Numbered from the whole stretch's first letter, positions 1 through 11,467 are shown. The stretch is DNA of 60,622 nt, filler included, from Nemertoderma westbladi (GCA_032718475.1; 4 parts of 4 records of this genome joined end to end with filler, not necessarily neighbours in it); one strand, 5' to 3'. Notes: generated by a model from the sequence alone, not told the origin. Made by a program: numbers and translations.

Positions 1-1520
1 CTCACAGTTTCTAGTAGGCGCTTATCTGTAGTCATTCATGTGCGGGCATAACGTACCACAATTTCGTTAGATTCAGTCCTTCTGTAACCTTGGTTTTAGT
101 GAACACCTGCTGTATTCTTCATCTTCACAATGAGACTTTAGCCCCCCCCCCCCCACATTTTCTAGCAAGTTAGAACAATGAAAACTAAATTCAGAAATAG
201 TACAAATACAATTGCAATTATTATTACTCTAAATTAGTTACCATAATAAAACATACTAATAAGGTCCAACAATAATTCTAGAAAAAAAAAACAACATGAG
301 AAACCTTAGGGGACGATGGTCCATTTTCATCTGGAGACAATTGTTATCAGGAGGGGATAGAGGGGAGGGGGGGGGGGGGGTGTTCTCGGGGCAATTTTAG
401 TTATATTATCATTGCATTATTATAAAGGCAGGAAGGGCCATTAACCGTTTATTAAATAAAAAAAAATTCGCACATTTTTGCATTGTACTGTATTACTGTA
501 TACTATAATACTCCACTCTTAGAACAGTAGATCTTACTAGAAAGCCAACAAGCTAGCTTTAAACGAACCTGCCCCTCAAACCAGTACCCCGAGTGGAGCG
601 AAAATGGAAATACGAAAATTGCCATAAACTCAACGATAGAAACACCAACTGCTGGTACTCATGAGGGCCTAGTAAGCTACTACTATTTATTGAATGGATA
701 GGCCAAAACTGCACAGAAGTATATTTTTATTTGCTAAATTTATTACTCTCTCACTCTATCCCAGACATTAATCAAACATCAACTGTTAGTTTGTACTGTA
801 TAATGAATTACCCCGCCAGCTGAATAGCTCTTCCCGGAATACTGTATCTATAAGGTTACTTACTCACTGCTATGTTAGGTGAGAGGCCAGCTGATTGAAT
901 TGTAAGCACTGGGCTGTTCAATTGTTTTATAGGTTGATGATAATGAACGATGAGGGACCCAACTACACTACGTTTGTCTATGAACGGTTTCCTTATAACC
1001 TGCTTGCTGGCTTGTCTAGTTGAATAATATTATTCTGCAACCGATAATTTACTCTCTTTCTTAGACGAATTTGTGCGCTTTTTTGCCGGACTAACAAATT
1101 TTGGCGACGTTCTGTGCGAGATTGGCGATATTTGAAAAGATTCTGAGGCTCAAATATGTTGCTAAAATGCATGAATAGCCCAAATAAAAAAGTTGGTGCA
1201 TACTCGACGAGTTGAAATCGGTGAAATTCGACTTTAAATTTTCAAAACCGCTATTTTTCAGTGACCCCATGATCGAAACGCCAAAAAAAAATATAGTCTT
1301 GTGCGCAACCAAAATTTATGCAGAGTTTGTTATTACAATTTTTGCGTACCTGCTTGAGTTTTTGAGATATTGGATGGTTATACATATATACACACACACA
1401 CAACCAAATCGCGGTATTTTAACTGCTCAACTTTTGACAAGAACTACCCTGGCCTATTAATTAATAGGCAGGTTCGTTATTATTATTATGCTTACCACAG
1501 TATAATTATTACAGTACTAT

Positions 1521-1711
1521 ATATGCAATGCACACATCGAACCTAGAGTGTATATGCAATGCACACATCGAACCTAGAGTGTATATGCAATGCACACATC
1601 GAACCTAGAGTGTATATGCAATGCACACATCGAACCTAGAGTGTATATGCAATGCACACATCGAACCTAGAGTGTATATGCAATGCACACATCGAACCTA
1701 GAGTGTATATG
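1521..1711. repeat. 31-bp minisatellite, 6 perfect copies (ATATGCAATGCACACATCGAACCTAGAGTGT)
   Basis: Head-to-tail identical units, no spacers. Confidence 0.95.
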
Positions 1712-2239
1712 ACTAGCACTCCGTGTTGTTTGTTAAGAAATTATTGATGATGATTCGACCCTTGGACCTTTGAAATCAAAGTCTAAATTTATCAAATTTA
1801 TTTATGAGAGGTGATCTGGTGGCATGTGGCGTGATTCAATTTACTCAATATCCATTCCGTTGTGAATACGTTAACAAATCATTAAATCCCAAACATCTGC
1901 TGCCTAAGACGCCTACTCTACAGCCCTACAGCCCTACACGCCTACAGTACATAATTAGCGCGTTTCCTTAGAAGCTGATCCCGCCAGATTGATTCACAGT
2001 ATCAACAGCCACGATTCATTGGTAAACCACAGCGGTTCATTGGGTTGCTTGGGTCATGTACTTGTCAGTCTGTAAGCGTAGGCCTACGGGTTGGATACGA
2101 TAACAAAGACACACAAGGTTGGCTGTAATTAACCTTTTATTGAAACGACTACATAGGGAAGTGTAATGAACCGGGATTAAACAGACCCTAAATTCCTTAT
2201 ATTAACCTACCGGATATTTATTTTATTTCTGTATTGCAG

Positions 2240-2394
2240 GTTGAGATAAGCCAGGTATTAATTTGTAATGTTTGGCTAGAAATGAAATGGAGAGACGAAT
2301 ATTTAGAATGGAAACCTGAATTTTACAATAATGTAACGATGTTCAAATTACCCGCCAAATATATTTGGACTCCAGACATTACGTTGTACAATCA
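2240..2394 (+). CDS. Cys-loop ligand-gated ion channel (nAChR-like) internal exon
   Basis: ttgcAG acceptor and GTAAGT donor; translates VEISQVLICNVWLEMKWRDEYLEWKPEFYNNVTMFKLPAKYIWTPDITLYN, matching the nAChR W-x-D-x-x-L-x-W and IWxPDIxLYN (loop A) motifs; ends phase 2. Confidence 0.92.
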
Positions 2395-2520
2395 GTAAGT
2401 ATTGGAATTTTTTTCATATTAACTCAATAAATACAGAATTATTTTTAGGACAGCAAACTGTGGAGAGATCAGCCCACAATTCTGATATATGGGGGTGGGG
2501 TAGACGCATCAAAAACTTCA

Positions 2521-2622
2521 ATTAATTGTCTCTAACCAAATAACAGCTGATTACGAGCCTACAGTACTGTATAATATACTGTAGGCTCGTAATCAGCTGT
2601 TATTTGGTTAGAGACAATTAAT
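2521..2622. repeat. Perfect inverted repeat, 46-bp arms (2521-2566 / 2577-2622), 10-nt loop, intronic
   Basis: Arms are exact reverse complements. Confidence 0.9.
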
Positions 2623-3143
2623 GTGCTCTTCACTTTAGTTTATCGATTATTGCATGCCACTGTAACCTGTTCCTTTCCCTTTACTGATAATTAGCATTGT
2701 TAATTCGCCCAAGATTGGATTTTGTTCAAGTTTCCCCACTTGTACGGTACTTAAAATTTTAAAAAATATTAAAAAATCAGCTGTAAAATAATACGAAATA
2801 ATACTCATATGAAATTTACATTCTGTTTAAAGTAAATAAATTACTTTACTAAAGTAAATGGTACCATTCTACATCAGTTAGGCACATTAAACCCTCAAAA
2901 TAATTTTACATTTCACAATACTGTGGGTCGACGAAATAGGAGAGCCGCGTGTAGCTTTGTGAGACAATGGAATGTTACATGAAAACAATGACGCAAATTA
3001 TACTGTACAATCATCAGCTGAACAACATACCGTATCTAACAAACAAAAAGGCGCTCAAAATCAAAGAACATTCATATAAGGAATGCAAAATATTTTGAAT
3101 ATTCACAAACTACAAACCACTAAAAGACTCTTTAATGGATACA

Positions 3144-3372
3144 GGGGGGAAAACTGGACGCAAAACCCGCCTTGGCGAATTAATATCCCGCATTATCAAT
3201 GTTTCTCAATTTAGGGAAAGCAGCAGGTTACAGTGGCACGTTATTTTAACCAAAACAATAAACTAAACACAACAGAACAGGTTACAGTTTTATTTTTGAG
3301 AGCAATCAACTGTTATTTGCGTCAAATTTCCCCTGGAGAGGGATGAATTTTTATTGCGTCCAGTCTCCCCCC
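3144..3372. mobile_element. MITE-like repeat with G-run/C-run termini (family also at ~30150-30291 and 56198-56451)
   Basis: Terminal inverted repeats gggggaaaactggacgca / tgcgtccagtctccccc; shared core cttggcgaattaatatcccgc...caatttagggaaag...ttacagtggcac in three places. Confidence 0.7.
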
Positions 3373-3743
3373 TTTCTGGGGGATTTTAACTACACTTTAA
3401 GTTCAAGCACAGTTCAAACCAACAGTTCTGAACGTTAAAAGGAAGCATCATTGAACCTTTTCAAAACAAGATTAAAAGCAGTTCAGTAAATAATTAGTTG
3501 AACGCGGTCATTTTAGAACGAATATGTGACGTTTATAAGATGATGTCGAATGAACCTGTTTTGAGCTACATGTTTTTGTTCTGCTGTACAGCAGTAAACA
3601 GTATGCAGTTTGATATTATTCTGTATTGTAATCATTTTGTCAGCCTATTTGAATAATTTGTCGACAAACCTTATGTAATAGAAACTCTCAATTTATTTTA
3701 ATATCTGCTTATTTGTTTTAATTTTATTTCTATTTGTTTACAG

Positions 3744-3911
3744 GGCGGATATAGGATCAAATCTACTTGACAATAAGATGGAAGGCATCGCATCAGTTTG
3801 GTACAACGGGGAAGTCGAATTGTGGCCGATGCCTTTATTTACGAAAAGTAACTGTCAGATTACCGTTCGGTACTTTCCATTTGATGTTCAAAACTGCACC
3901 ATCAAGTTCAG
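3744..3911 (+). CDS. Cys-loop ligand-gated ion channel exon containing the Cys-loop
   Basis: tttacAG acceptor, AG|GTGAG donor, phase compatible with previous exon; encodes ...GEVELWPMPLFTKSN-CQITVRYFPFDVQNC-TIKF (C-x13-C with FPFD). Confidence 0.95.
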
Positions 3912-4289
3912 GTGAGAGAATTATGCTTCACAATAAATTTCAGGAGTGAGCCTGTGCATATAAATTATTGAGCTACATTATAAGTGCTCTAGATTCTGAC
4001 TTTAAATAATGTTATTTCCCATGTTTATTGTTAGAAATGACATTCATTTCGGATGAGTGATGTGGTGTGTACCCTTACCAGTTCCGTCAATTCCTATACT
4101 CAATCATTTTTAATACCGTTTCGGTATAACGGTGATCTACTCTTTCCTGGTTAGGCAATGCACGGCTACAACTCCTGTAGTACTACTATAATCGTCCTGC
4201 CGCTTTGAGGCTACACCTTAACAAAATATTTTTGCCACCATCATGCAATCCACAATTGGCAACCCCAATGCAGCGCGCTATACCGGCTT

Positions 4290-4545
4290 ATAAACATAGT
4301 TGCACTGGCACAACTCCCTATCCCTCATGACTTTCGCGAGATTCTTCAAGTTCAACTTCCAGTTCCAGATTCAACAAGTGTCCTTTATTAAGAGGCGTCT
4401 CAATAAAGTCATGGGCTGTCCACCATGCTTATTCGCTCCATGAGGCTGCCAAATCACAAGATTATGCACTGGCCGGTCCTCACGGCAATAGCAATGTCCT
4501 GTAAAGCGGAGGCGGCTTTGTTAATATGTCAAAGTTGGGGAACCA
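4290..4545 (-). mobile_element. Diverged RTE-clade LINE 3' fragment
   Basis: Similar to the copies at 7569-8065 and 58640-59100 (gtcatgggctgtccaccatgcttatt...gcaatgtcctg). Confidence 0.7.
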
Positions 4546-4876
4546 ATAATAATGAGCTGATGAGCCGTTTGTCTCCCTTTACTGTAGTGATACTGAGTGT
4601 ACTAAACTCCTCAGCAATGCAATGTCTTCAGCAAACCTTATTTTTTTTATCGAATAAATACTTTCCTCCAGAAACATACCTTTGGTTCAATCTCACCAAA
4701 AATGCCCAAACCGAGGCTGTTTTTTTAACAAAAAATATAGTTCTCAGGTATATGGAAAATTACTATATATTATTCGAAAGCTCTTTCTGAGACGAGCAAG
4801 TAGGTCACAGTTTTAGTAACATGAAAATAAAACATTAGGTTTGAAAGAGTAACGAGGATGATGTCCGGTCATGTGA

Positions 4877-5066
4877 GGCCGCGTTCACACTACCGAGTCA
4901 AAAGACAAAATGTAAAACATAATCTCTTGAAATGTAATTTTTTTCTAGAATGCCCTTATGTACTGTATTATATTAGGCCTACAGTATATAATGTATTATT
5001 ATTTATTATTGCTAGCTAGCTATATCTATTTTCTTTTTACTTTGACTCGGTATTGTGAACGCGGCC
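4877..5066. mobile_element. PIF/Harbinger-type MITE (second, 5'-damaged copy at ~53260-53449)
   Basis: TIRs ggccgcgttcacactaccgagtcaaa / tttgactcggtattgtgaacgcggcc; flanks TGA/TAA resemble a 3-bp TWA-type target; AT-rich non-coding interior. Confidence 0.7.
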
Positions 5067-5335
5067 TAACAGGCAATTTTTCAGTGATTATCAAACTGTC
5101 CTTCTTATAACGAAAAGTCCACCATGTAACGCTGTAATTATAATATGGTATTAGTGTATCCACCCCCCCCCCCCCCCCAAACTGTTATTTCAACAAAACG
5201 ATGATTATGGAATAAATTTTAATAGCAGTGCTGCAGTGTGTTGAAATTATTTACAAGCGCACCCTATTCTTTACTTTTCTGATATTTCGCACCAAATAAG
5301 AATATCATATTTAATTAAGTTGTAATACATTTTAC

Positions 5336-5850
5336 TGTGGGGCGAGCCACTTTAGTAGTAAACGAACTTAGCAAACGGGTACCACTTACTAGCTCAACCT
5401 CGTGTCTGTCTGCCTTTCGGTCTAATGTTTTAAAGCTTATTTATCAGGAACTCTCCACTTTCTTAAACTAAAACTATGTACAGTTGAGCTGATCTATGAA
5501 AAAAGTTTACAAAGATTCCATACGGGCAGACTACTACAGTTCGCCTGTCGGCCTCTAGGGGTCTCTATGTCGAAACAATATATATTATCTTATTTCATTT
5601 TATATTTGATTCAGTTCAAGCTGAAACTTGGCAGATATGTACTAGAAAATTGGTTGCGTCTATGAGGGACGCTGCTCCATCGTTACTTCTATAGTTAGCC
5701 GCTAGAGGGCGAACTATTTAGTAGCTTTATTAATTGCGATTTAATACTGGCAAGGACAAACTGTTGATATTTTTGAAAGGCGGTTTTCGTAAATCAAATG
5801 GATATTAGTACACTTTCGTATCTAATCTCTCGTGAAGGCCCCACAACATG
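5336..5850 (+). mobile_element. Helentron-associated (HINE/DINE-like) non-autonomous element
   Basis: Starts TGTGGGGCGAGCCAC as at 59595, short GTCT microsatellite, ~148-bp internal repeats sharing GCTGAAACTTG..TATGTACTAGA..CCGCTAGAGGGC with the 59860-60622 array, and an inverted GCCCCACA near the 3' end. Confidence 0.55.
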
Positions 5851-6259
5851 TTTAGTAAGAATAATAGACTAATACGAACACTAGAATATTGAGAGTACTG
5901 TGAGATACCGGAATATGTCGTTAGGTGGCGTGTTAGTTGGGCAGTGCAGTAGTAAAGTTGGTGATATTATTGTTTGTTTAGAGTAAACATGTGTTTTGTC
6001 TGGTCTCTATTGTATAAAGCAATATGGTAGCCTACATGATGCTGGAGATCATTCCAATAAATATACGCGAGTTAGAGATTTTATTAATTATATTAATTAC
6101 AGTAAGTCCGTGCAGAGTTTTTTTTGGGCACTTTTGGTGAGAATAACGGAATAACCCCTACAGTATGTGTTAGTTATAAATTCTGTAGGCCTACTTTATA
6201 AAAAGCAATTTTGACCAGAAAGTATTATTTACTTCCAATTTAAATGTATTCAATAATAG

Positions 6260-6457
6260 TTCGTGGGCCTACGACGGTGGTGAAGTAACGGTTGAGAGTA
6301 TGGCCAGCGCTGAGAGACAGCCACCCAACTACGTAGAGAACAGTGAGTGGTCCTTGGTTTGTTCCAGATCGAGTAACTATACCGTACATTACGAAGGAAC
6401 AGAATTGGATGATTATTATGAAGTTCACAAGAATATTATCTTTAGAAGAAAATCCAA
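6260..6457 (+). CDS. Cys-loop ligand-gated ion channel exon (loops B, F, C up to pre-M1)
   Basis: aataatAG acceptor; continues in phase as (S)SWAYDG...NYVENSEWSL...YEGTELDDYYEVHKNIIFRRKS; the GTTAGT donor at 6458 is inferred. Confidence 0.88.
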
Positions 6458-6698
6458 GTTAGTCCTATTAGTTTACCAGTTAGTCCTATTAGTTTACCAG
6501 TTAGTCCTATTAGTTTACCAGTTAGTCCTATTAGTTTACCAGTTAGTCCTATTAGTTTACCAGTTAGTCCTATTAGTTTACCAGTTAGTCCTATTAGTTT
6601 ACCAGTTAGTCCTATTAGTTTACCAGTTAGTCCTATTAGTTTACCAGTTAGTCCTATTAGTTTACCAGTTAGTCCTATTAGTTTACCAGTTAGTCCTA
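6458..6698. repeat. 21-bp minisatellite (GTTAGTCCTATTAGTTTACCA) x11 plus partial copy, starting at the splice donor
   Basis: Direct reading; in-frame translation (LVLLVYQ)11. Confidence 0.95.
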
Positions 6699-7288
6699 TA
6701 CAGTGTAGTTTACCGGTTAATTATTAATAAATGATAAATAATATAATAAGATTTGCTGTCCGAATTAATATATATTATATCAGCCCCTATTTTTTTGAAC
6801 TCTTCTGTAATAAAACCACCTTTTATTGATTTTATTCATATCATTATGTTGAAAATGGCCTTAATATGAAAATATACTGCTCGAAAAGTTGTTAATGAAT
6901 ATAATGAAATCTGCAAATTTATTGGTTTAATTTATATAATGATGCTTTTTTTTATTGTTTTACCTTACACTACAGTAGTTACTATACAGTAGTACTATAA
7001 TTGCTTAGGCTGAGTAATTTATTCACAGACTTTCTAATTAATATTTTTTTCTATAATAAATATTTTTATCTTATTTACATAAATTAGTGTTTGTACTAGG
7101 CAGACCAATTGAACAGATTATTACTTATTAATACCAGTCAGATCACTAAGTAAGTATAGGTGCTACTGTATATAAATAAATTCTTTAGGTCCGCGTAGTA
7201 TTCGTAATACAGCCAAATACCTCAAGTATTCACTCTGTTGTTGTTGTTAATTTACGCAGTTAGGTTTTAGTTTTAAAAAGCTTAATAC

Positions 7289-7362
7289 GACGCAGTGGCG
7301 AGGTTGGTAGAGCGTTGGACTTGGAATTTTTAGATGCCGAGTTCAATCCCACTTTCCGGTGA
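7289..7362 (+). mobile_element. tRNA-derived SINE head / tRNA-like pseudogene
   Basis: A-box TGGCGAGGTTGG and B-box GAGTTCAATCC at tRNA spacing; stems do not pair. Confidence 0.5.
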
Positions 7363-7568
7363 AATCGATTTTGTAAACAATTGGTTTACTTGAAACTTGA
7401 AGGCATCATACAGATTAGTAGTAAGCGATTCGAGTAGAAAGGCAGTTCATGCGTTAGTAGACGCGGACCTTGAGCGATTTCGCGCTTGTTATGTTAAATA
7501 CGACATAGATACTGTACGATTAGCATTAGTATCAGGGAAATTTGACAATTTCCAAAATAGGGTGTGTT

Positions 7569-8065
7569 ACTAGGATCGGCATGCTGCCTTGTAGCTGCAT
7601 TTTTAAGAATGCTGTGCCGGCTTATCGACAAAATTGCACCGCCACAACTCCCTATCACCCATGAGATTTGCTAGATCATACGCATCTTCAAGGCCAGTGT
7701 CCTTTAAGATGCGTCTCAAGAAAGTCATGGGCTGTCCACCATGCTTATTCACTCCATGAGGCTGCTAAAGTACAAGATTATGCACTGGCTGGTCCTCACG
7801 GCGAAAGCAATGTCCTGCAAAGCGGAGGCGATTTTGTTCTAGTGTCAAGCTTGGGGGAACCAATGAGACACCTCCAATGTTATATAGTGTCTGGTTGGAG
7901 ATGTGTGCATTGTACTTGACACAATGAACCCGGCGTAGCATTCTTGTGAATGTGCCATCCAGAGATTTGGTGTCCTCAGCAGTTAGAGCCCAGCATGGAC
8001 TCCCATAGAGGAGTACTGGAACTACTGCTGCTCTAAATAATCGGACCTTAAGTTGACTTAAGTGA
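7569..8065 (-). mobile_element. 5'-truncated RTE-clade LINE copy (ORF2 C-terminus and 3' end)
   Basis: Minus strand reads VRLFRAAVVPVLLYGSPCWALTAEDTKSLDGTFTRMLRR...RLRFAGHCFRR...MGDRELWR, a typical RTE C-terminal region; family recurs six times in the window. Confidence 0.8.
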
Positions 8066-8083
8066 CCTTAAGTGGACCTTGTT

Positions 8084-8094
8084 GGCTGATTGAT

Positions 8095-8166
<72 letters not shown>

Positions 8167-8213
8167 TGACTGACTGACTGACTGACTGACTGACTGGCTG
8201 GCTGACTGACTGA
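8084..8213. repeat. Compound tetranucleotide microsatellite (GCTG)n/(ACTG)n
   Basis: Direct reading; explains the QPAS/QSVS ORF. Confidence 0.95.
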
Positions 8214-8770
8214 TCTACAGCCAAAACTACTCTAACGATTTTGATGAAATTTTCACAGCATCTAGATACCGCGATTCTAAGGTCCCTGGCATGATCGGCT
8301 ACTCCGTCCGTAGCCTCTGGGCTCGAAAAATAGAGATAAACAAAAAAACGCCATAGGCGCAATGGTAAAATAACACCAATGACAGCTTGTTGATGGAATT
8401 TACATTTGATTGATGACATTTAATTTGATTTGATTGATATAAGGAATATCATTAAAAGGTATCATATTAAATAGTAGATGAGGGTGAGTTATTCAATTTA
8501 AATAATTGGTGTTTTCGTCGATGTCGATGTTGCAATATGTGGAATAACTCTGACTGATAAAATATGCGGAACAACTGAAACTGACTGATAAAATATACGG
8601 AGCAACGGGCTGATGAAATATATGGAACAACTGACTGATAAATATAAAAATTAGAAATAAATAAATAAATAAAATCTAAAATTGTTATTTAGTTACATCT
8701 CTTACTCTGTTGAGCGTCATTAAGAAGAGCGCAACCCGTAGAGAGTACTGGAATTGCGGTATATTGCGGC

Positions 8771-11467
8771 ATGACTGATAATGTTGCACTGATGTTCCAG
8801 GCTGGTTGCATAACCAACATTTACATAAGTCAGATGGGCGCCAACATGTCTCATCCTGACAAAGCTACCGGGGATGATGGGGTTTGGGTTATGAGAAACA
8901 CTACTACTGCTGTCAGTGCTACTGAGATTCGACCCACCATTGTCACATGCAACCATTACTCCACACCTACCCCTGAGTCCCTTTCTGGCAGTTCATCCAT
9001 CCATTCTATTGCTCATAAGTGCTATGTCCCACTCTCAGGCTCGGATGACTCTGTGCTAATTGAAGACTTGTGTGATGACGGTGTCAGGAAGGTTCGACCC
9101 AACCAATCTGGTTACTGTTTCAGTAAGAATACTCCTAATCCTAAGCAGCTGGCAACATCTGTTATTCCATGCAAACATGAATTATCTGCAAGGGCGGACC
9201 CTTTTGTCTGTGATGGCTTCTTTCCAGACATTAACTGCACTAGAAGCAACGATGAGATTGTTGAAGCTATGTCCAAGCAGCGCTTGAAGATCGAACCAAA
9301 ACCCTTCTACCCTATTCCTAATGACACCCTGAAGTACTTTGGCAAAAAGCAACATTTTTCAACATGTATAATTGATGCCTTCTTTACATTGTTAGAACGC
9401 CAAAGCTCTAAATTAGCTTGTATCCAGGAGGCCTTCTGCCAGAAGTTAAACCAACCCTCTTATGATGCAGCGGCTACGGCTAGATACATCACCAGTTACC
9501 ATGACGTCACTGCTGTGTCCATGATTCTCTTCCCTGAATGTCGCCTCGCTAAGATCCCCGCAAACAATCATTTTATACTGCACATTGCCTGTCCTCAAAC
9601 CAAGTCTGTATTCACTCTAGACTCCCTGAAGGCGGATTCGACTAGTTCTACGCCCTCTCGCATATGTCACATACTTAATCTGATTGATCAATCCAATGGT
9701 ATTTGTAATAAGCCATGGGCTCCTAAACTCATATCCCGTCCGTTCCCAGGCCAAACAAACAACTATGACTGTGGCCCCTTCATTTGCCTTTACGCTCTCG
9801 CACTCTCGCAAGGACATGATTCCTTACGGCCTGAGCACACTAATAGTCCTCTCATGAGGGAGTGGCTACACCATTGTCTGGTTACTGATGTTCGTATTGA
9901 CCTGGAGCCTCCCAACATTACAATAAGTTGGAAGGGTAAGGTAACACATCGCACTGTGAATCTAGTCCCTGGCATTAGCGGGGGTGGATCTACTTTCAAG
10001 AATGGTATCAATGTTGTGAGCCTATGTGACAATCTTGATTACGTATCAGGTCTCCCAAGGAAAGAAGCCATACAAACTATCCTCAGCAACCCTACAATCG
10101 TTACCCCAGCCACATGCGAAAACCTACTCACTAGAATTAGACCACTAATGTCCCCTATTCAAGCTGTCCAGCTCCAATTGCGACAACGCACATCAGAACA
10201 CGAATTGGCTGTTGATATTTTTGAGCTGCTGCGTAGTCATCATGAGGGTGTTTTCACAGAGGCATGTAGGAAACGCCTCCGGACTACAGAGTCATATCCC
10301 TCTGGTGACACCACCATTGATGGAATCAGAAACGACCTTATAGTGGCAGTTGCCACTATTCAGTCTCGTCTAAGTATCCTTGAACAGGACAACTCATCAC
10401 TCAAGGAACGAAATATGTTCCTTCAAGAGGAATTGAACCTTGAAAGGGACTGCAGGATCGTTCTCGAGCAGCGCCTTGTCAAAGTTGAAAGAGGTTCCCA
10501 TTGGAATACCAGCCCTCAACCTATGCCCCAACCATTGCCACCTGCCCCTAATGCATCCAAGAAACATATACTGCCTCTTACCCAACGCAAGGTGAGCTAT
10601 ACCCCTGCTCACTCTCATACGCCTCAAAACGACTCTGAACCATTTGTTGACCAGGTTTCCTGCAGCAGTGATAGTATTCATAGCGACGAGTATCTGGTGA
10701 TTGACTCAATCAGCCCCCAACAACCCTCCACTGCCTCCAGTACCTGGTTACATCCCAGTCGCAGGCATGTTTTTGGTGGTAATAAATCTCTACAGCAGCC
10801 AACAATTTCCACGACAAACTACTACAATCCAATCTCATCCTTAGCTCCTTCCCCAACCACTGCCAACCAAACGCGCACCACATGTTCACTCCGCCCTAGC
10901 TCCAGTTACGAACAAGTGCATCCTCCCAGGTACAGGCACCCCAAGGACCAACAGGAAGCGCCACATTACCCAGCTCAACAGCCCCGCAACCCGAGTGCGA
11001 GTTATAAGTCCCACTCTACTACTCGCTCCAAAGCCTGTCCTACTGACCACAAGTTACCCAGTACCCAGCGTCGCAGGTCAACTCCTCGTACGACCCTGCA
11101 TTGTGCGCAATCTCGTTGCCATCTGAACTTACAGTGGTCTCACCCCGTAAGCCCTGAGCCCCATAGACACTCTGATATTATTGTATCTGGCATCAATCGG
11201 AGACATGGCGAGGAGGATCTGCTGCTCTTCCTTATGGACAAGAATATTAAGGCCCATTATATCACCACAAGAATATTAGGGGACACCAAGCACATGCGAA
11301 TCACCATTGACTCCAACAACAAAGTCGCTGTCATGTCTTCCTATTTCTGGCCCCGAGGAATATCATGTCAAGAGTGGATTCCCAGTAGCGGCAATCAAGC
11401 GAACCCCGACCGAGCTTATCCTGGAAGGCAGTCCTGCACTATGAAACAGCCCTGGAAGTACCTTTAA
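8771..11467 (+). CDS. LINE ORF1p: Ulp1/SENP-like C48 peptidase + coiled coil + low-complexity linker + C-terminal RRM-like domain
   Basis: NNHFIL (H267), FTLDSL (D284), PGQTNNYDCGPF (Q328, C334); heptad-rich segment at ~10316-10490; IIVSGI...MRITI...FWPRGI C-terminus typical of LINE ORF1. Confidence 0.85.
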   Translation: MTDNVALMFQAGCITNIYISQMGANMSHPDKATGDDGVWVMRNTTTAVSATEIRPTIVTCNHYSTPTPESLSGSSSIHSIAHKCYVPLSGSDDSVLIEDLCDDGVRKVRPNQSGYCFSKNTPNPKQLATSVIPCKHELSARADPFVCDGFFPDINCTRSNDEIVEAMSKQRLKIEPKPFYPIPNDTLKYFGKKQHFSTCIIDAFFTLLERQSSKLACIQEAFCQKLNQPSYDAAATARYITSYHDVTAVSMILFPECRLAKIPANNHFILHIACPQTKSVFTLDSLKADSTSSTPSRICHILNLIDQSNGICNKPWAPKLISRPFPGQTNNYDCGPFICLYALALSQGHDSLRPEHTNSPLMREWLHHCLVTDVRIDLEPPNITISWKGKVTHRTVNLVPGISGGGSTFKNGINVVSLCDNLDYVSGLPRKEAIQTILSNPTIVTPATCENLLTRIRPLMSPIQAVQLQLRQRTSEHELAVDIFELLRSHHEGVFTEACRKRLRTTESYPSGDTTIDGIRNDLIVAVATIQSRLSILEQDNSSLKERNMFLQEELNLERDCRIVLEQRLVKVERGSHWNTSPQPMPQPLPPAPNASKKHILPLTQRKVSYTPAHSHTPQNDSEPFVDQVSCSSDSIHSDEYLVIDSISPQQPSTASSTWLHPSRRHVFGGNKSLQQPTISTTNYYNPISSLAPSPTTANQTRTTCSLRPSSSYEQVHPPRYRHPKDQQEAPHYPAQQPRNPSASYKSHSTTRSKACPTDHKLPSTQRRRSTPRTTLHCAQSRCHLNLQWSHPVSPEPHRHSDIIVSGINRRHGEEDLLLFLMDKNIKAHYITTRILGDTKHMRITIDSNNKVAVMSSYFWPRGISCQEWIPSSGNQANPDRAYPGRQSCTMKQPWKYL

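Noticed and set aside
530-671. Possible upstream exon of the ion-channel gene (open frame ending at a phase-0 GTAAG)
   Set aside because: Translation lacks recognisable nAChR N-terminal motifs (no RPV); cannot be supported
1521-1711. 31-bp repeats as a CRISPR array
   Set aside because: Units are contiguous with no spacers, no cas genes, eukaryotic context
8048-8419. 123-aa ORF with QPAS/QSVS repeats
   Set aside because: Translation of a tetranucleotide microsatellite
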